Source of the DNA: Eledone cirrhosa
Taxonomy: Eukaryota
NCBI GenBank assembly: GCA_964016885.1
Contig: OZ024743.1
Location: 245,582,001-245,646,000, forward strand
Direction: 5' to 3'
DNA: 64,000 bases
The notes beneath the pieces were generated by a model. The model had not been told where the DNA came from and did no database searches. It saw only the letters and a list, made by a program, of their open reading frames with translations. Position 1 is the stretch's first letter, and every line of letters starts with the position of its first letter. Shown piece after piece: positions 14,870-28,804 of the stretch. The translations under genes were made by a program, and so were the position numbers.

Positions 14870-15388
14870 GGGGTACATGATATGAAGGTTAAAAAACACT
14901 TGTGAATAGTGAAGTTTAAATCAACATATGAAAAATAATTTAAGATTGGTGTGTGATATTGGGAAAAAGTGAGGGAAGTGGGGGTGGAAAGGGTGAGAAA
15001 GAGGAGGAGATGAGAGTAGAGAATGGTGGGGGAGGAGTATAAGAAGGAAGGATGAGAGAGGAGGAGAGATGGGTGATAGAGAGAGAGAGATAGCCTTTAC
15101 AACTGAGAAAAATATATATTGTCTCACAGAGAGAAGTTAAAAAGCCGTTGGAATATAATAGATAATTTAAAAGAATTTGAAATTAAAAGTTGATGAAGAG
15201 AAAAAGGGGTTAAGAATAATATTAAATTAAGGTTTGTATATTGAAGGGTTTAATAATATGTGCGAGGAAAAGAAATTGTTAATATGTATTATTAAAATAA
15301 AAATATTAATGTTATTAAGGATATACTGTGAAAAGAAGTAGAAGAGTGGATGAGTTATGAATTTAGAGGTATTATTTAGTGTTTAAGT

Positions 15389-15586
15389 GGATTGGTGGAT
15401 TAGGCGGTGGATTGGCAGTATCGTTAGAGAGTCGGAAGCCATGCTTTCCAGCATAGTTACGTCCCTTTACGATCTGAGTTCAAATCCCGCCGAGGTTGAC
15501 TTTGCCTTTCATCCTTACGGGGTCGATAAAATAAAGTACCAGTAATGCACTGGGTAATTGCTCGCCTTGTGCCTAAAGTAGAAACA
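15389..15586 (+). mobile_element. Young ~185-bp SINE with 18-bp TSD
   Basis: B-box GAGTTCAAATCCC; ATTATTTAGTGTTTAAGT at 15371-15388 and 15587-15604. Confidence 0.85.
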
Positions 15587-15924
15587 ATTATTTAGTGTTT
15601 AAGTTTGTTTTTATGTAATGTAATATGTGTGCGTAATATATGTAAATAATTTGTTTACAAATGAGCGCAGAAAACAAAGAAGACAATAATAAGAAAGAAA
15701 AAAAATCTAACATCAAAATATATGTTTACGAAATATTTTCTAATGGTAATAATATAATATAATAAAGGAGATTAGTTAGGGTTTGTTTTTATGTATTGTA
15801 GTATGTAATATGTAAAAGTCAGACGAGCATGAAAGGAACACAAATATAAGGAACTAAGGAGGAAAAATCTAACGTAAAAAAAAAAATGTTTATGTTTACG
15901 AAGGATTATTAAAGATAATACTAT

Positions 15925-16110
15925 AATTGTTTCTACTTTTGGCACAAGGCCAGCAATTATCCAGTACATTACTGGTACTTTATTTTATCGACCCCGTAAG
16001 GATGAAAGGCAAAGTTAACCTCGGCGGGATTTGAACTCAGACCGTAAAGGGACGTAACTATGCTGGAAAGCATGGCGTCCGACTCTCTACTGATACTGCC
16101 AATCCACCGT
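15925..16110 (-). mobile_element. Same young SINE, inverted
   Basis: Near reverse complement of 15404-15586; GATAATA(A)CTATAAT flanks. Confidence 0.85.
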
Positions 16111-16861
16111 CCTGATAATACTATAATGTATTTAAAAGGTAATAATATTTTTTATGGCCAATGATATGAAGAAAGATGGAAGAGTGGATATGTTGTGGTG
16201 AGTAATAATAAGAATTGAGAAGTGGTTAGGAAGAAAAGTACAGATTAGAGGTTAGAAATTAAAAAGAAAAAAGAAGAAAGGAAAGTGATAAAGAGGAATG
16301 ATATAGAATGAGTAACTAGGATTATATAATGTATAATAAATAATATTGAAATAAGGTAGAAAGATGGGTATATTTTTAAAGAAATATATATATAAGCCTT
16401 TGAGAAAAAGGGTATTAAACTAGTAAAGTATTAGATATTAGCTGTATACTTTATAGAATGTTCTGTGGAATTTATGCAAGCAGAGAGAAAATAAATCAGT
16501 GCGTCTATTTATTATAGAATCTAAATTAGATATAATGGTAAATTTCTCAGATAAACAAAGATTACACGTTCTAGATAGGGAGGCATTCAAGTAGGGAGAG
16601 GCGGAACAAACTTTCCTCCAAGAGATGTTATAGTTAATATTTTTGTCTTTCAAGGACCATATGAGTTCTGAGAGTGCCGTGTTAGTTCTTTTAAGTTGGT
16701 ATTTAAAAGACGAATTGTGATTATAAAATATCACTTTGAAGGAGGTAAAGGAATTGGTATCAGTTATAACTTTACATTCATAGACTAAGTTTTTTTCAAG
16801 ACAATGGTTATTGAGAGGACATTTAGTTTTAACAGGGCAATTACAATTGTGATTAGAGAGA

Positions 16862-16924
16862 TTATCTGATGAAAACGCAGATATCATCTCATGATGATAT
16901 TTGTTTTTGAAATGCGCATAATAA
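16862..16924 (+). ncRNA. Type I hammerhead ribozyme (inverted copy, short stem I)
   Basis: TTAT-CTGATGA-AAACGCAGATATCATC/GATGATATTTGTTTTT-GAAA-TGCGC-ATA-ATAA. Confidence 0.65.
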
Positions 16925-17116
16925 AATACTTGGAACTCTTTTAACCATCTTTTGATTTTATATTATATATAAAGTTATAACTGATACCAATTCCTATGAA
17001 TGTAAAGTTATAACTGATACCAATTCCTTTACCTATTTCGGTTCCACTTCCACCTCCTTCAAAGTGAGATTTTATAATCACAATTCTCCTTTTAAATACC
17101 AACTTAAAAGAACTGA

Positions 17117-17189
<73 letters not shown>

Positions 17190-17232
17190 GAAATACAAAG
17201 TAGTTTAGATGCTAAAATTCCTTTATTGAAAG

Positions 17233-17310
17233 GCCGTTATATATTTTTCGATGACAGCAGAGGCCACGTAATTCCGTGTTAAATCCAATGCCATGATCTC
17301 ATCAGACAGC
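17233..17310 (-). ncRNA. Hammerhead-like motif, degenerate stem III
   Basis: GCTGT-CTGATGA-GATCATGGCA...TGCTGTCATC-GAAA-AATATA-TA-ACGGC. Confidence 0.4.
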
Positions 17311-17720
17311 TTCTTACATAATAAGATTATTTTTATTAGGCAATCCAAGTACGAAGTGACAAGGGAACGGACGAACACGATGTTTTTGAAGCGATCTTCC
17401 GTTCCCCTATGAGCTTCAATCAGCTCCTACGGCTGTGCGCAGGCGTAAAACAATACATTCCCCAAAAAACATTGTGTGCGTGCGTGTGTGGGTGTAGTGT
17501 TGGTAAGCTCGATGCACGGCTCTGCACACACACAAGCACCCAAACAGTCTTCTCTGATCCTGAATAACTGACAGTTGTTTTGTTAACTTGAATTTTTTTT
17601 GGATTGAAACTAATTTCAATGGTCTTGATTTCTACCAGGAATTGCGACCGGCAGATACGTAATGTCAGAAATAGAAAGACCTATGGAAACATCATTTCCT
17701 TCGTCCGATATAACGATCTG

Positions 17721-17919
17721 CAGCGCTGAATTTACCATTGTGCTTAGGTGTGTTTAAGCACAGGGCCCCGTTGGCCAGGAGGGGGGCATCTTCCAGCCCC
17801 CAAACATTTTTTACGATGAATTTTTCAAATGTTTTTCAAATGTTAAATGTTCAGGGCCCAAGTAAAGGGCTTCATAACTTAACAAGCACAGGGCCTCATT
17901 TGTCCTAAATCTGGCAGTG
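17721..17919. mobile_element. hAT-like MITE
   Basis: Imperfect TIRs CAGCGCTGAATTTA / TAAATCTGGCAGTG; flanks ACGATCTG and ACGATCTA (7/8 TSD match). Confidence 0.6.
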
Positions 17920-18141
17920 ACGATCTACTGTTACCTTACCCCACCCTCTTTTTACACGGTTCCTATGAAAGAAACCACAAACCACTCAGGCGAATCAGAT
18001 GTTTCCAAATATTGCAATAGACATTGGAGTAATACCTATACTCTCAACAAAGAACTGATGGAAAATGGTCAGAATATTGTATTTACTTTTATGTTTATGT
18101 TGATTGATGTCTTCAAATATTTGACATGTTTGTCATTGTTT

Positions 18142-18153
18142 AGTAGTAGCAGC

Positions 18154-18239
<86 letters not shown>

Positions 18240-18240
18240 C
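18142..18240. repeat. (AGT)n microsatellite
   Basis: Direct reading. Confidence 0.95.
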
Positions 18241-18700
18241 GTTATTGTTGTCTAGAGTTTGTTAGATATTTTCTCCAATAATTCCACTGTTCACTTTCAA
18301 CTGTCATTCAGCGCGGATTACACACAACAGTCCCAGACTGATGTCACGTGCTAGGCCAGGGTTTTTGTTGTTGTTCTCCCCCCCCCCCCCCCTCGTCATT
18401 GAATAATTAATTACAGGATAACTCAGCTTGTCAGTAGATTTCTCTTGAATACAATTTTGCTGGACTTTTTTTCCCCTCCTGTCTGTTTATAAGATTTCAA
18501 GAAATACTGCCTTGAATAGATAGCTGTAATTAGCTTGTCTCTTCTCGCCGTCTTTCCATCTCTCTATGGCCATTTCCACTTATACAACAAGGAGCTGTTA
18601 GGATCGATAGAGGACCGACACACTTTGGTACAACTGTTACTCTTTCACTGCTTTCAGTCGTTAGAATGTGGCCATTCTGGAGCACCGCCTTGATTTAGTA

Positions 18701-21366
18701 CACAGGTTCTCAGCCCATTTGGGCCAAACGCCCCCTTTTGTCCCTCGAAATCACGAAACGCCCCTACCCTATTTTTCCATTTTTCAATATACTACTGATT
18801 TTGATATCAGTAGATTACTAAAAAATTGATTAACGATATTCCAAAGATACCATTGCAGGCAGCTGAGAGTATAAATACATTCCTTGAAAGGAAATATATA
18901 AATTTCCAAAAAAGGAACATAAATGTTCTTTTTTATGAATAAGGACCAGATGAATCTGTTATATTCCCACCAGGCGATACCAACTATTTTGAACATTTAT
19001 ACAAGAGCAACTCTGTCTATCCAAAGAGTGCTCTTATCTGGAAAGAAAGTGGCAATTATATCATTTCAAAGCTTTCCAATTTTCTCTTTAATGAAACGGA
19101 CAGAATAAATGTTGATATCTAACTTGATGTCCCCTCTGTTTTGTGAACTTAGAGACCACGGAAGAGGGTTTTCCTGACCATATAAGAGGGTATATTTATT
19201 AGTAAATGGTAAAATATATACAACAAATGAGAAAGGAAATTGTAGTAGATGGTTTCCCATCCAGTCAGACTGCAACTACAAATAAAACAATAGCATATCC
19301 AAGTTTTCGGATAAATCAACTTACTTTAACTTTGACCTCATTTCAATAGAACCATTGAGCTTCATGGAGTCTAGCTAACTCTTTAACGTCAGGCTGAATT
19401 TTTGTAAGATGTAGCCAGAGATCTCCACATGTAATTACATTGTAGCGGTTGCGAGCCTTACTGTGCAGTCTGGAAACTGCACCAAACCTCCTCTTGACTA
19501 AGTATGAGCTTGGAAAAGGCAGAGCAAATCTCTTAGCCTCTGTATGTAGGTGTGGAAATCGACGCTGAATTTCCTCTTGCATCCAAAAGAGGGGTTCACC
19601 TATTTGGGGAAATCTAATTTTGATCATGTCATCTGCTTGAAGTTCAATGAATTCTTCCTGAAATTTAACATCGAAATCGTCGACGTTAGCTATGAAGGGA
19701 TCTGCTATACACATTGGGTGGTCCATCGGCAAAAGGTCGACAAAGCGTTCTCTCATGTTGTCTTGTAGCACACGGAGGTGAGTGGTATAAATTTGGAATT
19801 GGTAATCGCTCACAATGTTTTGAACATTGGCGACACTAGGAAAATTATAGAATTCCCATCTACAAAGATTCCTTTCGATGACATTCAATTTGGCCAGGAA
19901 TGTTTTCACAGAATTCCTTGCTTTAAGCAAGGTGATCTTCCCATGCAAAGCCAAAATGACGCTATTGCATTTGTCAAAGATGTCGGTGAGGTAGGCGCAG
20001 TTTTGCCTCACATCGAGGGTTTTCTTGTACAGTTCTGTGTTGCGTCATCGCAGAAACTCAACGATAGAGTCGAACAGTTCAAAGAAGTGAGTAAGGCACT
20101 TGCCCTTTGAAAGGCACCTCACTTCATTATGAAGGAGCAACTTGATAAATTCTTCGTCATTATCTTGGCACAGTTGCCGGAAAATTCGTTCATTGAGGGA
20201 ATGCCGTTTGATAAAATTGATGACATCAATGGCCACCTGCAAGGACTTGCTCAGCGGCTTACTGAGTTTCTTCGCAGCCAAGTGTTGTCGATGAATGACA
20301 CAATGAACAACAAATACAGATAGATTTTCTCTCTTCAGAAGAGTTACGAAACCCTTATGCTGGCCGACCATTGATCTTGCGTCATCCGTAGCACATGATA
20401 CAATGTGTGTTGTATGTGGTCCTAGATGTATGTATTACCTTCCTGTGTGTTGTATGTAGTCCTAGATGTATGTATTACCTGATTATGTATTACATGTGGT
20501 CCCAGCTGTATGTATTATCTGCTTGTGCGTTGTATGTGGTCCTAGATGTGTGTATTACCTCCTTATGTGTTGTATGTGATCCTAGATGTATGTATTACCT
20601 GATTATGTGTTGTATGTGGTCCTAGATGTTTGTATTACTGATTATGTGTTGTATGTGATCCTAGATGTATGTATTACCTGCCTGTGTGTTGTATGTGGTC
20701 CTAGATGTGTGTAATACCTCCTTATGTGTTGCATGTGGTCCTAGATGTATGTATTACCTGCTTATGTGTTGTATGTGGTCCTAGATGTGTGTATTACCTG
20801 CTTATGTGTTGTATGTGGCCCTAGATGTGTGTATTACCTGCTTATGTGTTGTATGTGGTCCTAGATGTGTGTATTACCTGCTTATGTGTTGTATGTGGTC
20901 CTAGATGTGTGTATTATCTGATTATGTGTTGTATGTGGTCCTAGATGTGTGTGCTACCTGCTTCTGCGTTTTTTCTTTTCTTTTTTTTATTTGTACAATA
21001 TCATTTATACAATAGGGAATAAAGTAGATCTACATAGTGTTAACTCGTTACGGTTGAGTCAATAATTTATAAGATTCTAACTGGCTACGCTCAAAGTGTC
21101 CTTGACCCAGTTGACTGTGAGTTTTTTTCCATTTTTAGGATCTCAATTGCCGGTTAATGTCTAGAAACGCCTGCACACCTGCTCACAGCTACAGTCAGAC
21201 CATAGTTATGCTGTCTGCATGCTCGTACAAATGCATTCACACTGGCTGTCTCAGCGACATACAAATATGGCTTATAAAACTTACCAAAGTAAAGAGCCTT
21301 CCAGTGCCCCCCAAAGCTCCAAACGCTACCCTGGAGTTCCGAAACGCCCCGTGTTGAGAACCTTTG
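18701..21366 (-). mobile_element. hAT transposon (Buster/Charlie, ZBED8/SCAND3-like), internally deleted
   Basis: TIRs CACAGGTTCTCAGC / GTTGAGAACCTTTG; TSD ATTTAGTA at 18693-18700 and 21367-21374 (central TA); ORFs with HCVIHRQHLA, LLLHNEVRCLS, YLTDIF and PFPSSYLV. Confidence 0.92.
20401..20960. repeat. 40-bp minisatellite, 14 units
   Basis: Unit GCTTATGTGTTGTATGTGGTCCTAGATGTGTGTATTACCT. Confidence 0.95.
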
Positions 21367-22435
21367 ATTTAGTAGATCATATCGACTCCAGTATTGTTTT
21401 TTAAACTCAGGTACATATTTTAGTGATCTCCTTTTGCGTCTACCAAATTCCACTCACAAGACATTTGCTGAAGGTGTCGCGCAACGAAACTGAACCCAGA
21501 ACCACATGATTGCGAAGCGAACTCCTTAACCACACGGCCACGTCTGCCTGTCTGTGTTTATCCGTTAACTGTTCATGTTCTATAAGAAAAGCTTCATTCT
21601 AAATGACTCAGTAGTCATTGTTGTAAATAGGTACTATAATCAGGATTGTCGCACCTATTAAGACCAACTAGGCAGCCACCTAGGGAGCATACCTCAAAGG
21701 AAAACATTACTGAACCGTAAATGATTACAGTTTTATCTAAATTCGTTTAATTTAATTAAATATATTTCCTTCGGTCAATAAATAAATCACTCAATAGCTT
21801 TGTCACGTAGAAGCGTTGTGGAAATATCCAGAGTGGAAGAGATAGTCGTATGATTTTATCACATGCCACGTCATTTGGCGTGGGTGAATGTGGGTTGTGT
21901 AGCAGAAAATGCAATCTTAGTAATTTTCTTAGTGTTATCAGATTAAGAAGTGTCAAAAACTAAGTTACCAAACTGTAAGTTGAAATTGTTTATTTGTTTA
22001 TTTGAGAGAACGGGGTATATAACTGAGAGTAGGGGCGCACATTGTAGGGATAATCAACGGCTCTAAATATCCTGGCGCCACTTTTGACTTTACGTCAGTA
22101 GAACAATCTCTAGGGTTAACAAAAAGAATAAAGGTTACGTTAGCTTGAAATTCTTAGTTCGACTTTTTACATAAGCTATGGCATCCTTCTAGTAGTTGTG
22201 GCTAATGAGAATATTCTCTGATTAGTGTTAAGAGGTTTTCTCATAAGTTCCGCCATTATAATCACAACATCTACAGGCAATATAGGAATAAAGGTTAAGT
22301 TAGCTATAGTTATATCTCAACTGTATGAAACATAAAAATCATTAACACAAGTAACATAAAACAGTCAAAATACTTGGATACAAACATTAATTATTACACA
22401 ATATCGTAAATAGATTGTTATGACCTTATGTAATA

Positions 22436-22764
22436 CCAGGAATTTTTTCAACACGCTGACGCGTATGTGTGTATGTGGATATGCATACATTTATATGTAT
22501 GAGTATATAAATATAAACGTGTTAACACAGACACACTTACAAAAATACACACTCAGACATACATTCACACAAACACATACAAAGCATAACAAATGGAACG
22601 CCAACCGCTGTTTTGCTATAGTTTCTTTTACCACTCCCTGCCTTCCTTTTGCACACACATACATTCACACAGACATCAGATGTAAAGCGAGAGGAGTAGT
22701 ATGAGGTAGTCAAACTCCTCTCTCTTTACGTGTTGTGACAGAATCACAGAAATTTATATATAGA
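22436..22764 (-). mobile_element. Non-autonomous Helitron-like element (uninterrupted copy)
   Basis: On - it begins TCTATATATAAA and ends CTGG; same family as the split copy at 27435-31337. Confidence 0.55.
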
Positions 22765-25010
22765 CTAATGACACGAAAACAGATTTCTGTTGAAGAGTTC
22801 CATTGCAAACACTCCTCGCTCATAAATTCGTATGAATGTGTAACTGTGTCAGTATGTGTGTGTGGGTGTGTGTGTGTGTATGTGCATGTGTATGTGTGCG
22901 TGCGCGCGGGGACATGGAAATACTCTAAGAGAAAGAAAACTCTGATGTAAAACCTGCGACTCGATGGCAGCTAATGATGTTGACCTGTTCTTCTTTTATG
23001 ATACCTGTCACCGTTGTTCAGAGAATGGGATTGGTCCAGTGCAAGGCCTTTTTTTTTCACTTAAAAAACGCTTCAAGTACAGGCCCCACTTGATCTAAAT
23101 GACTTTCACGTGTGTTGCGTGAACATGATCTTTCTTTTTTCTTTCACTGCAGCATATGCAGAAACGAATCTAAGTCTCTGACAAGGCTAACATGTCATGT
23201 TCGTGCCACCCAAGTATAAAAAAGGGTTAAGGGGTGTCAATTCTCAAAACTGAGATGCAACCATTATATATATGTGTGTGTGTGTGTATTTTTAGGGGGT
23301 GGGGTGGGGATGCTGTAGACATTGGTTTCTAATTTAGGTACAAGGCCAGTAAATTTTGGAAAGATTAAAGTTGATAAAAACAACTCCAGTACATAACTGG
23401 TACTTGACATCGGCAGGATTTGAAGTCAGTGTGTAAAGATCCAGAACAAATACCACAATGGTATTTTATTCGACGCTCTACCAATATCTTTTGGCTGTTG
23501 ACATTACTCTAACTATATTCAGACTGAACATCAACAGCAATAATCTCACCAATCTGGGAATGTAACCCTGCAAAAGTCATGGGCTCTAATCCCCTGCCTA
23601 TTGCATGTATAGACCCTTACTCCAGGGAGAGTCGTAGGAGCACCGAAGTGACATATGACGTGTCTTGGGCGTGTTAAACCTGGCAGAGCAAATCATTCTT
23701 CGGGTCTGAACACAGTCGATTTCTTCCCTAGAAGGAGAGATAGGGGAAGTAAGAAAGAGATATAGAAGAAAAATCAATCCTAGTTTTGGATTGGTACTTT
23801 TTTATTGACCTCAAGAAGATGAAAGGCAAAGTTTACTTCGGTGGGATTTGAACTCAGAGTGTAGAGAGCCGGAACGAGTACCGCAAATCATTCTATCTGA
23901 TGTTCTAACGACTCAGTCAAAAAAGTAATTCTTGCAATTCTTTTCATAATAAATGTTGATTTATTTCAGAGATTTCAAGGTTTGGGCTCGAAGTTAGTCC
24001 AATATATTATTGATAGCCCAGTGTATTATCGAAGGTGAGAGTAGACAATCAGAATAAATATTTTCTGTCTTCCAGAATATTCCGAATGTTAAACCGTTTA
24101 CAGACTAAATGTTCCTAAGGCAAAAATAGAATAGTCTATAAAAGTTATCTTTCTTGAATTAATTAAAAATATCTGTTCATGTATATTATCCTTTAACGTA
24201 GTCACATTTGTAATTATCTAAACTATATTACAAGTTTCTCTATATTGTATGTTATGTTGATTTAAATTAGTTTCCAAATTTCATTCAAACTTTATTTGAA
24301 ATATAACTGTACACAAGAATTTCTATTACAAATGTTACACTTTTCCCAGAAGTGTTTAAAGTTGTCTGTAAGTTAATTTGCATTTCTAGACAATTGTTTC
24401 ATTGAGCGGCAAGAAAATTGAAAATTTGATTAATTTGCGTTCTATGCCTGGGGCTGTAAGTTTTCGTTATGTATGGTATTGAAGTTAACCGAATAAAACG
24501 ATTTGGTTCTCAGAGATTTTTTTCTTCTCACATCGATTTAGTCGATTAAGACTCGAAAATAATTATTTTCGTAAGTCCAACGAGAAAGTCCCCCGAGACA
24601 TATTTCCACAGTGAAATACAACAATAAGAATGGAAACATTTCTTTTGCCACATCACTTTGACGACACCTCATGATAGACAATTACAGAGTGGACAAACAT
24701 TACTAAATTTTCTTGCTGTATTTCCAGACCCAACTCAACAACAAAGACTCACTCTACCTGCTAACTTCATCTCACCTTCAGTTTTCTGTCATATTGTAGA
24801 TTGTATTAACTGAAGTACTGCAATAGTTTTGTTACCTTCAATTGCATCTTCATCAAATATGTTTTTGTAGATTCCACTTAGAGAACAGCAACCAAGTAAA
24901 CATTGAATCTTATGTCACATTCCTACACAACACAACACACTGATGATGATATTGAGAAGAAAGTATTAGAAATCCATTTATTTCCAGGATCTCATTTGAT
25001 TATATTCAAC

Positions 25011-25100
25011 AGAGCCTTCTTCAGAATTCTTCATTGAATTTGAAACAGGCTATCACCATCCAAGCCCATTCTCTGAAAATTGCTCAGAGAAATGCAAAGC

Positions 25101-25173
<73 letters not shown>

Positions 25174-25530
25174 GCTAATAGAAGCCTTTTCAAGTCCAAC
25201 TCCTTCATGTCTCCTTGTTATAGCAACGATTGTAGATGTTGATTTTGTGGATCACTTTGATTGGCATGTTCATGAAATATGCTCAACCTTGTAGATGTGT
25301 CAAGTTTCGCTAGATAAATACACCATCCATGGTAAGGATCAGCACGAAAATAAAACCTTCATCTATAACCTGATTTGACATAGGCAGTGAATTCGTTGAC
25401 AAGAGTGCTTGATGCTAGTTTTTCTAAATTTCTAGGTAATCCTTTGCATTTCTCAGAGCAATTTTCAGAGAATAGGCTTGGATGGTGATAGCCTATTTCA
25501 AATTCAATGAAGAATTCTGAAGAAGGCTCT
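25011..25530. repeat. Inverted repeat with ~94-bp arms (25011-25104 / 25437-25530)
   Basis: AGAGCCTTCTTCAGAATTC..GCAAAGCATTA versus TAATCCTTTGC..GAATTCTGAAGAAGGCTCT. Confidence 0.9.
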
Positions 25531-25639
25531 CTCTCTCTCTCTCTCTCTCGACCTATGTATATGGTCCTGAATTATGCTCTTATATTTCTCAAGTAACACA
25601 TCTTAATTTAGGAACAACATTTGAATATATTTAAAATAT

Positions 25640-25830
25640 AGTCACGTAACGATCGAGAAAATTCCGTGAACACGCTTTTTTTATTCATATCTTGTAAAGA
25701 TTTTTCACCAATAATTATTTGTTTGTTTGTTTTTATATTTTTTACACGACTGTATGTAAAATCCCCGGCATGTCTTTGTATTGTCCCCTTTCTTGTTGCG
25801 CCCTTGTGGCTAATAAAGAAATCAATAATT
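25640..25830 (+). mobile_element. Tx1 3'-UTR fragment
   Basis: Near-identical to the reverse complement of 5390-5490. Confidence 0.75.
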
Positions 25831-25989
25831 ATTTGCGTAAAATGTATTATGTTCAACACATTAATATCTGCGTGTCACTTGATACAAAAAAAAGTATAAT
25901 TTCACTAGGTATTTATTATTTGGTTGAACATTTATTAATAATTGTACCAAAACATGTACACACCATATTAAGTTATTTTCATTGTAATT

Positions 25990-26174
25990 AATTGTTTCTA
26001 CTTTAGGCACAAGGCCAGCAATTACCCAGTGCATTACTGGTACTTTATTTTATCGACCCGTAAGGATGAAAGGCAAAGTCAGCCTCGGCGGGATTTGAAC
26101 TCAGATCGTAAAGGGACGTAACTATGCTGGAAAGCATGGCATCCGACCCTCTACTGATACTGCCAATCCACCGC
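25990..26174 (-). mobile_element. Young SINE copy
   Basis: Same family as 15389-15586. Confidence 0.85.
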
Positions 26175-26399
26175 ATGTTAGATTTATTGTGTTTATTTCT
26201 TTTTCTACGCAGTAATGTTACGTTAATCATATGTAGAGTAAATAAAATAGATTTTTTATACAGTTTTCTTTGCTTGTTATTGAACACACAAGGTTTTAGG
26301 CCTTCTGATTTTTCGCGCGGACATTTACTTGTTATAAATTGGTTTACAGACGTGCAAACATAATTTAGTTTATCTGTAAACTCTACCTAAAAATGGTGA

Positions 26400-27430
26400 C
26401 TGCGGACGTTTACATCTATTTCGGCAATGTCATTGTTGGCAAACATCCATTTGTTACCTAGGTTACAAATTAAAAAATCATTTTCTGCAACCCGATCTAG
26501 AAAAATTAAAACTTTTCGTTGATTACCCGACACCTACAATGCTAAAGAATTACAACAATTACTAGATGTGTGTCTCTTTTCTCAGTACTAATTCAACTTC
26601 TACCAAATCCTATTTTCCTATTGTAAAAGAAATTACACATAGATGCATACATCTACTCGAAATTTCAATGCCACTTTCATGCTTATCTTATTTGAAGCTG
26701 CACTACATGTTGGAACGGATGCTTTTGAAACTACAATTTAAGGTATTTTTTGATAATGTAATAAACCTATCGGTTTCTTCTCCAGACCGCTTTCTCGTCT
26801 GGAGTAAAATATTTCGTCAATTAAAAAGGAGGCTTTGGCTATCTTAGAAAGTGTTAGGAAATGGTAAAACATTTTATTTCAAGGTCATTTTACATCACAC
26901 ACTAACCAATAAATGATCTCAATCACATTTAACCACAAAATTGAGGGTAAAGCAAAGATTCTTCGTTTGCACAGAGAATTAAGGCTCTACAATTATGACA
27001 TCCAACAAAAATAATACAACTATTGGTTCTCTTATCAGATATTCCTCTGAAATCACAGATTTACATAAGCTTTTGTGCTGTACTGATGTGACTCGGTTAT
27101 GGAACAATGCTAAATTTAAGAATATATCATTTTCTTTGGAAAATGTTTTTAAAAGACTTATTACAAATGCATCACCCATGTGCCAAACTTCACACAATCA
27201 TTTGAGTACCTCAGTATCGACTTCAATGGTCTTCCGCCATCCTCTAAATCTAATCGCTACTTGACCGTAATTACTGATGAATATTCAATTTTCCTCTTTT
27301 TGTTTAAGTCTTCAAATATGTCAGTTCATACAGTAATTCAGAAAATATATTTTTCGTGCTGGTGCTCCAGCTTCGATTCACTCAGAACAAGGATCCCAAT
27401 TTACCTCTGAAAACGTTTGTACCGTTTTAG
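26400..27430 (+). pseudogene. Highly decayed Gypsy-like pol (RNase H/integrase N-terminal part)
   Basis: FEYLSIDFNG..YLTVITDEYS and GAPASIHSEQGSQFTSE resemble the rve integrase core. Confidence 0.6.
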
Positions 27431-27677
27431 ATAACTAGAATTTTTTTTCCATACGCTTATGCGTATGTGTATATGTGTATGCGTGTGTGTATGTGCATAT
27501 GCATACATTTATATGTATGAGTGTATGAATATAAACGCGCAAACACAGACACACAAAAATACACACTCACACATATATACTAACACAAACACACACACAT
27601 GGCGTTTCATCACCCCTTCCTTCCTTTTACACACAGGCAGCAGACGTAAAGAGAAAAGTAGTCTGAGGTAGTCAAAC

Positions 27678-28804
<1,127 letters not shown>

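Larger units (their letters stand above)
14757..16968 (-). mobile_element. Penelope-like element: GIY-YIG remnant plus long 3' region, bounded by inverted ~110-bp pseudo-LTRs
   Basis: ORF 16438-16887 (CNC..CPL..CL..LVY..CNLCLSEK..CLHK); 14757-14865 is the reverse complement of 16862-16968. Confidence 0.8.

Noticed and set aside
19343-20371. Domesticated ZBED8/SCAND3-type gene
   Set aside because: Frameshifted and truncated; still has TIRs and TSD.
20401-20960. CRISPR-like array
   Set aside because: Units are contiguous with no unique spacers, there are no cas genes, and the context is eukaryotic.
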